Origin: an uncultured Verrucomicrobiae bacterium
GTDB lineage: Bacteria; Verrucomicrobiota; Verrucomicrobiia; Opitutales; JABDGR01
DNA length: 64,000 nucleotides
NCBI GenBank assembly: GCA_963765205.1
Contig: CAVXVB010000008.1
Span: 192,001-256,000, forward strand
Direction of reading: 5' to 3'
How positions within the stretch are numbered: position 1 is the first letter of the stretch; each line of letters begins with the position of its first letter. Position numbers and translations under genes: made by a program. This document shows, in pieces, positions 18,860 to 28,763 of this stretch. The notes under the pieces were generated by a model. The model was not told the DNA's origin, ran no database searches, and saw nothing but the letters and a program-made list of their open reading frames with translations.

Positions 18860-21040
18860 ATGCCCACCGGCCCCACCACCGCGTCCGAGGCACGGCGCCA
18901 GTCCAACCTGGCGTTCTCCTTCTTCTGGCTCAAGCCCGAGGAGCGTGCGGCCATGTCGGTGTTCTACGATTTTTGCCGGCAAGTGGACGACATCGCCGAC
19001 GACATGGCCGCGCCCGTGCCGGAGAAAACCGCCGCGCTGGACGCCTGGCGCGCGGACCTCGTCGCCATCGCCAACCGGAAAGAACCCGCCCAACCGCTCG
19101 CGCGGGCACTCGCGCCGGTGGTCGCCCGCTTCGGCGTCGAGGTCAAAAATTTGCACGATATTGTGAACGGCGTGGCGCAGGACTTGGAGCCGCGCGCCTA
19201 CGCAAACTTCGAACAATTGCGCGGCTACTGCTACGGCGTGGCGTCGGCCGTCGGCCTGGTGTCCATCCGCATTTTCGGCTGCCGCGACGCGCGCTGCCCG
19301 GCGTTCGCGGAAAATCTCGGCTACGCGCTGCAACTGACCAACATTTTGCGCGACGTGGTCGAAGACCAGCGTGTTTACGGCCGCATTTACCTGCCGTGTG
19401 ACGAGATGGCCGCGTTCGGCGTCACGCCGGAGCAGCTTGCCGAGCCAAACGCGCACCCGGACTGCGCGCGGCTGTTCCACCTGCAATATTTCCGCGCCAA
19501 GCATTATTTCAACAAGGCTCGGCGGTTGCTGCCGGCGGAGGAGCGCAAGAATTTGCGCGCCGCGCTGATCATGGCCGCGTTCTACGAGGACATTCTCGAT
19601 AAAATTGCGCGCGGCGGATTTCAACTTTCCGAACAGCGCGTGCGCATCGGCAAGCTGCGAAAATTGCGCTTGGTGGCGCAGGTTTGGCGCGGACTCAGCC
19701 GGCCGTTGCCGAAATTAGCGCCGCCGGGCCGTGTGGCGGTATTGGGCGCGGGTGTGGCCGGCTTGAGCGCGGCGCTGGCGCTGGCCGAACAGGGCTGGGC
19801 CGTAAATGTTTACGAGGCGAAAAATTTTCCCGGCGGGCGCGCGTCGAGTTTGCGCGACGCGGCCAGCGGGCTGACCCTCGACAACGGCCAGCACGTCGTC
19901 ATGGGTTGTTACCACGCTTTTCTACGGCTGCTGGACCGCCTCGGCGCGCGCGACCGCCTGGCGGAATCGCCGGCGCTGCGCGTGGACTACGTCGCGCCCG
20001 AAGGAAAGTGGTCGCGCCTGGCGGCGGCGGCTTGCCCCGCGCCGTGGCACCTGCTGGTGGGACTGGGAAAATTCAGCGAGTTGAACACCGTGGATCGTTG
20101 GGGCATCCTGCGCCTCGGCCTGGCACTGAAGTTCGGTGCAACGCCTGGCGAAAACGAAACCGTGGCGCAATGGCTGACGCGCCACCGCCAAACGCCCGGC
20201 GCGGTGCGCGCGCTGTGGGAGCCGTTTTGCCTCGCGGCGCTGAACGAGCCCATGGCGACCGCCAGCGCGCGCTTGCTGGCGGAAACGATGCGCCGGTCCC
20301 TTTTCGGCTCAAAAAAAGATTCAGCCATATTTTTTGCGCGCGTCGGCTTGAGCGATTTGTTCCAACCCAACGCCGAAATTTATTTGCGGGCGACCGGCGG
20401 CGGCCTTCATTTTCGCACGCAAGCCGTCAGTCTCAATTTTGAGAGCGAAGGCGTGTATGTGGAAACGGCAAAAGGCGAAACGGTTGCCGCCGATTACGTC
20501 ATTTCCGCGCTGCCCTGGGCGGCCCTGCGCTCGCTGCTGCCGGCCGGCGGACCGTTGCACGAGCAACTGGGAAAGTTCACCTCCGCGGGAATTCTAAACA
20601 TCCACCTGCTCTGCGACCGGAAGCTCTTCGACGCGCCGTTCGCGGGCCTGCTCGACTCGCCATTCCACTGGATTTTCGACCGTTCCGACCATCTGCCGCC
20701 GGAACGCCAGGAACGCGAGTTCCTCTACGCCGTCACGATGAGCGCGGCGGGCGAAGCCTGGCTCGAACGCAAAAGCGAATTGATTCTGGCCGCGGTGCGC
20801 ACGGAACTCGCGCGCTTTTTCCCCGCCGCGCGCGAAGCGAAATTTCTGCGCGAACTGGTCATCAAGACCAAGGATGCAACCTTTGCCGCGCGCCCGGAAG
20901 TTGAGCCGGCGCGCCCCGGCCCGCGCACCGCGTGGAAGAATTTCCTCCTCGCCGGCGACTGGACGGCGACCAATCTGCCCGCCACCCTCGAAAGCGCGGC
21001 CCTCAGCGGCGAAACCGCCGCCCGCGCGGTGGATGAATAA
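18860..21040 (+). CDS. Fusion of presqualene diphosphate synthase HpnD and hydroxysqualene dehydroxylase HpnE
   Basis: N-terminal ~285 aa: YDFCRQVDDIAD, YCYGVASAVG, ALQLTNILRDV, GRIYLP. C-terminal: GAGVAGL FAD motif, GGRASS, DNGQHV, LAGDWTATNLPATLESA. One continuous ORF. Confidence 0.9.
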   Translation: MPTGPTTASEARRQSNLAFSFFWLKPEERAAMSVFYDFCRQVDDIADDMAAPVPEKTAALDAWRADLVAIANRKEPAQPLARALAPVVARFGVEVKNLHDIVNGVAQDLEPRAYANFEQLRGYCYGVASAVGLVSIRIFGCRDARCPAFAENLGYALQLTNILRDVVEDQRVYGRIYLPCDEMAAFGVTPEQLAEPNAHPDCARLFHLQYFRAKHYFNKARRLLPAEERKNLRAALIMAAFYEDILDKIARGGFQLSEQRVRIGKLRKLRLVAQVWRGLSRPLPKLAPPGRVAVLGAGVAGLSAALALAEQGWAVNVYEAKNFPGGRASSLRDAASGLTLDNGQHVVMGCYHAFLRLLDRLGARDRLAESPALRVDYVAPEGKWSRLAAAACPAPWHLLVGLGKFSELNTVDRWGILRLGLALKFGATPGENETVAQWLTRHRQTPGAVRALWEPFCLAALNEPMATASARLLAETMRRSLFGSKKDSAIFFARVGLSDLFQPNAEIYLRATGGGLHFRTQAVSLNFESEGVYVETAKGETVAADYVISALPWAALRSLLPAGGPLHEQLGKFTSAGILNIHLLCDRKLFDAPFAGLLDSPFHWIFDRSDHLPPERQEREFLYAVTMSAAGEAWLERKSELILAAVRTELARFFPAAREAKFLRELVIKTKDATFAARPEVEPARPGPRTAWKNFLLAGDWTATNLPATLESAALSGETAARAVDE

Positions 21041-21045
21041 GAAAT

Positions 21046-21142
21046 TTAACCACAGAGGACACGGAGAGCACGGAGAAGATCGTTTCAAGTTTCGGGTTTC
21101 GAGTTGAATTTTCTCCGTGTCCTCTGTGTTCTCCGTGGTTCA
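21046..21142. repeat. CACGGAG-type 9-nt-period inverted repeat with heptamer units in the loop
   Basis: aaccacagaggacacggagagcacggag ... gtttcaagtttcgggtttcgagtt ... ctccgtgtcctctgtgttctccgtggtt. Confidence 0.85.
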
Positions 21143-22513
21143 ATTCTTTAGAAATTTATCCAGCCGCGTCAGCACGCGCTCCTTGCCCAGCACGCGCAGA
21201 AGACCGTAAAGGCTCGGGCCGACGCTCATGCCGGAAACGGCGAGGCGCGCGGCGTGGATGTAGTCGGCGGTCTTGACGCCATGTTGCGCGGCCAGTTCCT
21301 GCACGGTTTTTTCGAGCGCGGCGTCGGCAAAATCGGCCTGGGCAATTAGCGCGGCCTGCAATTCCCGCAGGCGCGCCAGCGGGTCGCCGGATTTCAGGAG
21401 TTTCTCGCGCGCGGCGGCATCCATCGCAAAATCCTCGCGGAAGAAATACGCGCAAAAGTGCGGCAGCTCGTCCAGCGCGCGGATTTTTTCCTGGCAGAGT
21501 GTCAGCACGGCCTGCACATAGTCCTCGGGGGTGTCGTCGCGGACGAGGCCGGCTTCGGCGAGAATGGGGCGACCGAGCCACGCGAGGTTGCCCGCCGGAA
21601 GGGCGCGGACGTAGTGCGTGTTGATGAACGCCATCTTTTTCTCGTCGAAGCGCGCGTTGTGCTGGACGATGCCCGGCAGGTCGAACAGGCGAATGACTTC
21701 CTCGATGGGCAAAACCTCGCGGTCGTCCTTCGGCGACCAGCCGAGTAGGCAGAGGTAATTCCGCACGGCCTCGGGCAGGTAATTCTTTTTTTGGTATTCC
21801 TCGATGAGCGCGCCCTGGTCGCGCTTGCTCATTTTGCCGGCGCCATGCGTCTTGAGGATGAGCGGAATGTGCGCGTAGTGCGGCACCGGCGCGCCCAAAG
21901 CCTCGAACAGCACGACGTGCTTGGGCGTGTTCGAGAGGTGCTCCTCGCCGCGGATGACGTGCGTGATGTGCATCGTGATGTCGTCCACCACATTGACGAA
22001 ATGGAACACCGGATCGCCGTTGGCGCGGATGATGACGAAATCCTCGTCCACCTCGCGCTCGACCCGCCCGCGCACATAGTCGTTGATCACCGGCACGACG
22101 CCGCGGACTTTCTCGACGTGCCTCTGCTTGTGGTCGTCCCACGCCTGGTAGCGCTCGCCGAGCAGTTTGAAATAAACCGCGCCGTCTTTCTCATACGCGC
22201 GCCCGGCGGCAAAAAGTTTGGCGAGATATTCCTTATACAGCGCGCCGCGCATGCTCTGGAAATAGGGGCCGTATTTATCGTCCGCCTCGGGGCCTTCGTC
22301 CCAATTCAAACCCAGCCAGCGCATCCCGTCGAACAGGACGCGCAGGGCCTCGGTCGTGTTGCGCTCCTTGTCGGTGTCCTCGATGCGCAGGATGAACGTG
22401 CCGCCGGTGTGGCGGGCGTAGAGCCAGTTGAACAGGGCGGTGCGCGCGCTGCCGATGTGGAAAAATCCAGTCGGGCTGGGCGCGAAACGGACGCGGACGG
22501 GGGAGTCGGGCAT
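21140..22513 (-). CDS. gltX: Glutamate--tRNA ligase
   Basis: [19 protein letters not shown] (HIGH), [23 protein letters not shown]. Confidence 0.96.
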   Translation of the reverse strand: MPDSPVRVRFAPSPTGFFHIGSARTALFNWLYARHTGGTFILRIEDTDKERNTTEALRVLFDGMRWLGLNWDEGPEADDKYGPYFQSMRGALYKEYLAKLFAAGRAYEKDGAVYFKLLGERYQAWDDHKQRHVEKVRGVVPVINDYVRGRVEREVDEDFVIIRANGDPVFHFVNVVDDITMHITHVIRGEEHLSNTPKHVVLFEALGAPVPHYAHIPLILKTHGAGKMSKRDQGALIEEYQKKNYLPEAVRNYLCLLGWSPKDDREVLPIEEVIRLFDLPGIVQHNARFDEKKMAFINTHYVRALPAGNLAWLGRPILAEAGLVRDDTPEDYVQAVLTLCQEKIRALDELPHFCAYFFREDFAMDAAAREKLLKSGDPLARLRELQAALIAQADFADAALEKTVQELAAQHGVKTADYIHAARLAVSGMSVGPSLYGLLRVLGKERVLTRLDKFLKN

Positions 22514-22760
22514 GGTAAAAAACGGCCAGTCTGACGGGATTAATGAAAAATGCAAAATGCAAAATGGGCCGGCCACGGACCGGCCGCGCCCGGCCTATGG
22601 TCAATCCACACGACCATGGCATATTTCGCAAGTCGCTGCTATTTAGTTTCTTGAAGAAAATTGGCGGCCAATTAATAGAACACGGCTGATTTTTGTTCGT
22701 TTTGCCGATTGCTGGGTGTCCCTTCTATATCTCGCCCTTTTCGAACGTAACGGATCCATC

Positions 22761-23363
22761 ATGACCGACACCCCACCCATCATTTGTTCAGAATGCGGAA
22801 AGCCGTTTAACGAAAGTGGCATGATTCGCCACGGTAACGTCTTCATTTGCGCCAGTTGCAAGCCGATATTCATGCAGAAATTGTCCGAAGGAGCGCGAAT
22901 TGACACTGGAGAAATTCATTATGCCTGCTTCTGGATACGGTTCACTGCCATGTTCTTGGACGAACTGCTGATCGGCATTCCGGAACTGATCGCTGCGGCA
23001 ATTTACATTCATGTCCGAGGGATTACGGTATCGTTCGCGACCCATGAGGCGGTGGCAAACTGGTTGGGGCAACTGCAACCCATAATCACAGGCAGCATAA
23101 TCCTGAAGTTGCTTTACGAAACCATCCTGGTGGGCAAATTTGGCGCCACCGTCGGGAAGATGGTCTGCAAAATTAAAATTGGCACCGCGGATCGTGAACC
23201 GGTTTCCTATCTGCGGGCTCTATGCCGGGCAGTTTGCAAAAGGATTTGCGCACTGAATTTTTTATTAATTGTCGTTTATCTCATCGCCGCTTTTGACAAA
23301 CAGAAGCGCGCGGGCTATGACTTCCTGTGCAAAACCCGGGTGATCTACAGTTATGAACCATGA
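22761..23363 (+). CDS. RDD-family membrane protein with N-terminal Zn ribbon
   Basis: CSECG...CASCK, YACFWIRFTAMFLD, GATVGKMV, KRAGYDFLCKTRV. Lower GC than flanks. Confidence 0.85.
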   Translation: MTDTPPIICSECGKPFNESGMIRHGNVFICASCKPIFMQKLSEGARIDTGEIHYACFWIRFTAMFLDELLIGIPELIAAAIYIHVRGITVSFATHEAVANWLGQLQPIITGSIILKLLYETILVGKFGATVGKMVCKIKIGTADREPVSYLRALCRAVCKRICALNFLLIVVYLIAAFDKQKRAGYDFLCKTRVIYSYEP

Positions 23364-23469
23364 CCTGTGGCTCTTGCACCGCAATAAGAGGCAAACAAGC
23401 GGCGGTGTTATTTTTGACCCTTGTGGATCAACGTTTTTCAAATTAAGACACCACCCACGGTCGGGCAGC

Positions 23470-23563
23470 CGCGAAACGAACTTGGACGGGGGAGTTGGGC
23501 ATGGTAAAAAACGGGCGGTCTGACGGGATTAAGGCAAAATGCAAAATTGAGACAGGCGGCCAC
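23470..23563 (-). repeat. Degenerate direct-repeat copy of the gltX 5' end and upstream region (original at 22481-22576)
   Basis: cgcgaaacg..ggacgggggagt(c/t)gggcatggtaaaaaacgg..gtctgacgggattaa..aaaatgcaaaat..ggccac occurs twice. The copy encodes MPNSPVQVRFA then diverges. Confidence 0.85.
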
Positions 23564-23610
23564 TCTGGCTTTGCGTTTTGCATTTCGCATTTTACATTTT
23601 GTGTTTCCGC

Positions 23611-24387
23611 ATGCCCTACCTTGGCCCCGCCCTCGACGTGCCGCGCTATTTCGCCGATCTGCCGCCCGCGGCGACAACGGCGGGCTTCGCCATTGAAAAA
23701 TTTGGTGAGGAGGCCGGCTGGCCCCTGCTGGCCTTGCGGCGCGCGGCAGCGCGGGCCGACGCGCCGATCGTTTATCTTTCCGCCGGCATCCATGGCGATG
23801 AACCGGCGGGGCCGCTGGCACTGCTGAGCTTCTTGACGGAGAAGTATTTCACCGACGATTGTCATTGGCTGGTTTGCCCGGCCCTGAACCCCGTCGGCCT
23901 GGCGGCCAAGACGCGGGAAAACCGCGCAGGGGTGGACCTGAACCGCGATTACCGCGCGCCGCAAACCGCCGAGGCCAGGCAGCACCGGGCCTTTTTAGAG
24001 GGCGAGCTGGCGGCGGGCCGCGGGCGTTTCGCGCTGTCCATCCTGCTGCACGAAGACTGGGAATCGAAGGGTTTCTATATGTATGAATTGAACCGCACGC
24101 CGGGGCCGCTGCTCGGGCCCAGCGTCCTCGCGGCCGTCGAACCGATTTGTGGGGTGGACCGCTCGCCGGTTATCGAAGGCATGGAGGCGAACGGCGGCCT
24201 CATCACGCGCCCCGTGACCAATTTTCAGGAGCGCCCGCTCTGGCCCGAAGCCCTCTGGCTCGTGCTGCACCACACCGACCGCAATATGACCGTGGAAGCC
24301 CCTTCAGCCCAGGCACTGGAAAAGCGCGTTGCGGCCTTGTGCGCCGCCGTGCGCGCGGCGTTGGACGCTTGGAAAAAGAAAGATTGA
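23611..24387 (+). CDS. M14-family metallocarboxypeptidase / succinylglutamate desuccinylase-like
   Basis: SAGIHGDEPAG, NPVG...REN...DLNRDY, LHED, terminal E in TVEAPS. Confidence 0.88.
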   Translation: MPYLGPALDVPRYFADLPPAATTAGFAIEKFGEEAGWPLLALRRAAARADAPIVYLSAGIHGDEPAGPLALLSFLTEKYFTDDCHWLVCPALNPVGLAAKTRENRAGVDLNRDYRAPQTAEARQHRAFLEGELAAGRGRFALSILLHEDWESKGFYMYELNRTPGPLLGPSVLAAVEPICGVDRSPVIEGMEANGGLITRPVTNFQERPLWPEALWLVLHHTDRNMTVEAPSAQALEKRVAALCAAVRAALDAWKKKD

Positions 24388-24460
24388 ACCACGGAGAACA
24401 CGGAGGTCACGGAGGAAATTCAACTCGAAACCCGCCCCCCTCCGTGTCCTCCGTGGTTAA
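24387..24460. repeat. CACGGAG-type inverted repeat between convergent genes
   Basis: aaccacggagaacacggaggtcacggag ... aactcgaaaccc ... ctccgtgtcctccgtggtt. Confidence 0.85.
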
Positions 24461-24465
24461 ATTTC

Positions 24466-25398
24466 TTATTTTTTCACCCCGCTCGCCAGCAGCGTTTCGA
24501 AAAACGGCTCCTTCTCCTCGCGGGCGACAGTTTCGACTTCGACATTGGCAAAGCCGGCCTTGCGCAGCCATTGGTAAAGCGAGTTCTCGGGAAAGCCGAG
24601 CCAGCGGTCGGCATAGAGTTCACGGGCTTGCTCGAAAGTGTGTTCCTTGAGGTCAAGGATGAGCACGCGCCCGCCGGGCTTCAAGATGCGATAGGCCTCG
24701 GCCAGCGCCTGCGGTGGGTGCTCGGCGTGATGCAGCGCCTGGCTCAGCAACGCCAGCTGCACGCTGGCAGTGGGCAGCGGCACGGCCTCAATATCGCCCA
24801 GTTTGTATTCGAGATTTGCGATGTTGTGCTTGCGCGCCAGTTCGCCGCCGAACTCGACCATCTTCGGCGAGTTGTCAATGCAGTGGACAAATTCCGCCTG
24901 GCGCGCGAGCAGCTGCGACAGCACCCCTTCGCCCGCGCCGAGGTCGGCGATGCGCAGCGGCGGCGCGAGGCGCAGCAGGAGATGGCCGATGGCCTCCCAC
25001 GAACGGCCCGGGCAATAATTTTTGCCCAGGCGGCCGGCCACCGCGTTAAAATACTCCTCGGCCCGGCGGCGGCGCTTGTCGAGCGCGCGCTGGAGGTTGG
25101 CGCGGTCGTCGCGCGCCGCCGGGCGGTCGGCCACCGCTTGGATGGCCGCCTCGACCAGCTTGCGCTGGGCGTCCGGCAACTCGGCGTTGAAGGAATAAAA
25201 AGTTTTCTTGCCCTCCTTGCGGTCGGCGACCAAGCCGCCCTGGCGCAGCAACGCGAGGTGCGACGAGATACGCGACTGGCCCATGCCGAGGACTTCCTGC
25301 AATTCGGCCACAGACAATTCCTCGCGCGCCAACAGACAGACCAGGCGCAGGCGCGTGGGGTCGGCAACAAGCTTGAGCAATTCCCAAGGGTCGGTCAT
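24466..25398 (-). CDS. ArsR-family HTH fused to SAM-dependent methyltransferase domain (SahR-like regulator)
   Basis: ADPTRLRL...ELSVAELQEVLGMGQSRISSHLALLR plus IADLGAGEG SAM motif. Start MTDPWEL at 25398. Confidence 0.88.
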   Translation of the reverse strand: MTDPWELLKLVADPTRLRLVCLLAREELSVAELQEVLGMGQSRISSHLALLRQGGLVADRKEGKKTFYSFNAELPDAQRKLVEAAIQAVADRPAARDDRANLQRALDKRRRRAEEYFNAVAGRLGKNYCPGRSWEAIGHLLLRLAPPLRIADLGAGEGVLSQLLARQAEFVHCIDNSPKMVEFGGELARKHNIANLEYKLGDIEAVPLPTASVQLALLSQALHHAEHPPQALAEAYRILKPGGRVLILDLKEHTFEQARELYADRWLGFPENSLYQWLRKAGFANVEVETVAREEKEPFFETLLASGVKK

Positions 25399-25426
25399 GG
25401 GCGCGGCAATAAACGCAACGCGCCGC

Positions 25427-27418
25427 TTAGGACGCGCCGGCCGGCGGTTCGGCGGGCGGCGCAGCCGATTCCGCCGCGGGTTCGACCTGGGTCGGCGCTT
25501 CGACTTCGAGCGGCGGAGCGAGAACGTCGGCGAATTCAGCCGCGTCTGCCTCATCCCCCAAGGCGGCGGATTCTTCTTCGGACGCGGGCGAAAACGGCGA
25601 TGCGGTGGCCTCCTCAATGATTTCCTCCTCGGACGAGGCGGCAGGCGCTTCGGCCTCGGCGGGAACCACCCCTTCATTGGCCGCCTTGGCCTTGGGCGCG
25701 GGCAATGGCGGCGGCGCGAACAGCCGCCCGTCTCCGTATTCAATCACATACCCCTCGGTGACGAGCCAGCGCAGGTTGATGACCAAGTCACGGATTTGCT
25801 GCGTCTGTTCGGGAGTGAAATGAGTTTCGGGTTTCGAGTTTCGAGTTTCGAGTTCGGGGGCCGGAGCTGTTTTCGCGGCATCTTCCGTTTTGCCTGTGGC
25901 ATTTTCCATTACGGGCGCTTCCGGCTCCGCGCTTGCAGCCGATTTCCCCCCACTCCCCGCTCCCGGCTCCGTGCCCACGGGTTCCACGCTCTTCTTTTCC
26001 GCCGGCAACGGCAGCCCCAAAAATTCGTGCGGGAGCCGCGAGGCCGGCGTCAGAGGGTGCTGCTCGATAAAACTGATGAGTTTCTGCACATGGTCAGCCA
26101 GCACCGTCTGCGGATCGCGGAACCGGCGCTTGACTGCGCAAATATAAGAGACGCCCTTCGAGCCTTTTTTATACAAGTTGAATTTCATGCGGCGCAACCG
26201 GCCGCGCAAATTGTTCGCCGTGTCGAGCGGGAAGCGCCGTTGCAGCGCGAGCAGCGCCTCGACTGAGTGGCGAATGTTCCCGGGCGGGAATTGCTCCAGG
26301 CTGCGGCCGGAGTAACGCCCGGTGTCGAGCGCCCGCACAATCGCATCCTTGTTTTTACCCAGCAAAAACTGCCGCGCCGCGTCGAGGGTCTCGAAAAATT
26401 CCGGCGCGCCTTCCACCGGCGTCTTCAGCTTGTAGCGCGTGGTCTTCTTCATTTTCTCCAGCCACGCGGCGAGGTGCTCCGGCTCCTTGACCAATTCCAC
26501 GCGCGCGGTAAATTTGTCGAACGGCATCCGCGCCAGCCGGCGGGCGTGGTGCTCGCGCAGCAATTGCTGGTAGCGGTGGTAATTGGGCGGCCCCAGCAGC
26601 TCGCCGGTGAAGCCGCAGCGGCTCACCCCGATGAAATTGCCCTTCGGCGGCTCGACCTCGATTTCCTCCACATCCAAAAATTTGTCGAGGTGCTTCTCGA
26701 AAACGTGGTTGACCGCCTCCTCCTCCGTCTCGAAGGGCAGCAGGTCCGGCTGGCTGATGTAAATGAGCGGGGCCGGCGCGCCCTCCTCGCGCGACAACGG
26801 CTTGATCACGACGACGAAGCGCTCCGGCTTTTGCAAAATCAGGCGGGCCACCTCGAACAATTCGTAAGTCCGGCCCGAACTGCGGATGGCCTTCAACAAT
26901 GCGCGAAACGCCGCGTCATCCGGATAAAACAAAACCTCGTGCGTCGGGTGAAACGGCGGCGGGGAATGTCGGCGGTCATCCCGGCCATAACCCTCCCGCC
27001 CAAATCCCTCGCGGCGCGGCGGGCGCATCCCGTCCGGGCCGCGGAACGGCGCGCGCGAGGCTTCCCCCATCTGCGGCGGCGCGCCCAAGGGCGCATTCCC
27101 GCCATTGCCCGCCGCCGGGGCATGGGCCGGCGCAAACGCCGCCGGCGTCGCCGGGCGCGCGGGGCGGCGGTCACGGCGCGGCGGCCCGCCGCTATTAAAA
27201 CCGCCAAAGTCGCGCCTGCGGTCGCCGCCGGAGCGCCCTTCGCCCCGGCCGCCCATCTTGCGCGCCAAAGTGGCCGCGCTCGGCGTGGAACTCCAGTCCG
27301 GCCCGAACGAGATGCTTTTCAGCACGCTCAAATCCACAGCCTCTCCCGCTGCGTTGCGCGCGGCGGGTGGGCTGGTTTCCGGGGCCGATGAAGGCTCTGC
27401 AGTTTCGTTATCCGTCAT
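25427..27418 (-). CDS. Hypothetical protein with RG-rich N-terminus and acidic C-terminus
   Basis: Long ORF with host-like codon usage and a globular core (TYELFEVARLIL, GELLGPPNYHRYQ, LRWLVTEGYVIEY). Function not recognised. Confidence 0.8.
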   Translation of the reverse strand: MTDNETAEPSSAPETSPPAARNAAGEAVDLSVLKSISFGPDWSSTPSAATLARKMGGRGEGRSGGDRRRDFGGFNSGGPPRRDRRPARPATPAAFAPAHAPAAGNGGNAPLGAPPQMGEASRAPFRGPDGMRPPRREGFGREGYGRDDRRHSPPPFHPTHEVLFYPDDAAFRALLKAIRSSGRTYELFEVARLILQKPERFVVVIKPLSREEGAPAPLIYISQPDLLPFETEEEAVNHVFEKHLDKFLDVEEIEVEPPKGNFIGVSRCGFTGELLGPPNYHRYQQLLREHHARRLARMPFDKFTARVELVKEPEHLAAWLEKMKKTTRYKLKTPVEGAPEFFETLDAARQFLLGKNKDAIVRALDTGRYSGRSLEQFPPGNIRHSVEALLALQRRFPLDTANNLRGRLRRMKFNLYKKGSKGVSYICAVKRRFRDPQTVLADHVQKLISFIEQHPLTPASRLPHEFLGLPLPAEKKSVEPVGTEPGAGSGGKSAASAEPEAPVMENATGKTEDAAKTAPAPELETRNSKPETHFTPEQTQQIRDLVINLRWLVTEGYVIEYGDGRLFAPPPLPAPKAKAANEGVVPAEAEAPAASSEEEIIEEATASPFSPASEEESAALGDEADAAEFADVLAPPLEVEAPTQVEPAAESAAPPAEPPAGAS

Positions 27419-27592
27419 CTTGACGCTATCGCTTTGGTCGCACAGTGGGGCAAAACCTCCCCCGCAGCAAGCGCGGAATTAGCAAAATAAATAGCGCCCA
27501 AAAACCAGGCTTCCGGCCGGCGGCCGGCCTCGCCTTGGCCCACCCATCGCAAACTTGCCGCCGCCGCCCCGAACTGTCACCATCACGGGGAT

Positions 27593-28723
27593 ATGCGCCG
27601 GAACTCAATCTGGAAATGGCTGCTCCTCATCACTCCCTTATGGGCGGTGGCCTGGGCGGCGGGCGACCTGCCGACTTTGCCCGTGCCGCCCCTGCCGGAT
27701 AATTCCCCGCCGGCTCCCAATGCGCCCTCCTCCGCCCCCGCGCCCTTCACTATGGACGACTGGGAGGCGCACATGCCTTCGCCCATCACCCCCACCCGCA
27801 ACGCCAGCACCCACAGTGATGACCGCGACTCGGCCCTCTTGCACTCCAACTTGCCGCCGATGGATGCGTCCGTCACCTCCTCGTCCCTGCCCGACCTCCC
27901 GCCCCCCGGCCAAATTCCCAAAGGCGACAGCGACAACGTCCGCCTCGCCGCCATCGCCCAGGCCGACCGCGACTTTTTCCAGACCCTCGCCAAAAACCCC
28001 CAAACCTGGCCCGACGCCGAACGCGACCGCCGCGCGCAGGCCATCCACGACCAGTATTATTTCTACATCGTCAACTATCCCCAGGACGTCAACGCCATCG
28101 TGCTCTATGGCAAGCTGCTCAACCGCACCGGCCTCAACGACCTCGCCTACGAAGCCTTCCGCCACGCCGACGAACTCGACCCCAACCTCGCCGTCGTCAA
28201 ACAACAACTCGCCAACCACCTCGCCGAAACCGGAAAATACGCGCCCGCCCTCGAACTCCTGCGCCAGGCCGTGGCCCTCGCCCCCACCGAACCGCTCTAC
28301 CATTACCAAATCGGCGAGCTGCTCAACATCTACTACACGCACTTTGTCGCCGACAAAATTTTCGACCAGCCGGGCCTCAACCAAACCATGGAGGCGGAAT
28401 TTGCGCGCGCTGCCGACCTCGCCCCGCAGGAACCCGGCTTCGCCTGGCGTCACGCGGAATGTTTTTACGACATGATCGCCCCCGATTGGAACGCCGCCCT
28501 CGCCGCCTGGACGGGCCTCGGCCGGCACACCACCAACCCCACCCTCCTCGAAATGATCCGCCTGCACCGCGCCCGCGCGCTGCTCGAATTAGGCCGCCTC
28601 GCCGAAGCCCGCGCACTCATCGTCCAGCCTGTCGTGGCGGCGCTCGAAGCCAGCCGCGCCGAACTCGCCCGCCGTCTGGCCGTGCCCGCCCCACCCCCGG
28701 CGGCCACCACCACCGCTTCCTGA
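27593..28723 (+). CDS. Secreted tetratricopeptide-repeat protein
   Basis: Signal peptide, Pro-rich linker, several TPR-like helical pairs (A..LDPN, AVALAP.EP). Confidence 0.8.
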   Translation: MRRNSIWKWLLLITPLWAVAWAAGDLPTLPVPPLPDNSPPAPNAPSSAPAPFTMDDWEAHMPSPITPTRNASTHSDDRDSALLHSNLPPMDASVTSSSLPDLPPPGQIPKGDSDNVRLAAIAQADRDFFQTLAKNPQTWPDAERDRRAQAIHDQYYFYIVNYPQDVNAIVLYGKLLNRTGLNDLAYEAFRHADELDPNLAVVKQQLANHLAETGKYAPALELLRQAVALAPTEPLYHYQIGELLNIYYTHFVADKIFDQPGLNQTMEAEFARAADLAPQEPGFAWRHAECFYDMIAPDWNAALAAWTGLGRHTTNPTLLEMIRLHRARALLELGRLAEARALIVQPVVAALEASRAELARRLAVPAPPPAATTTAS

Positions 28724-28763
28724 TTGCGGACTGTTTCGATTTCCCACTCTTTATTGCCTCCCC

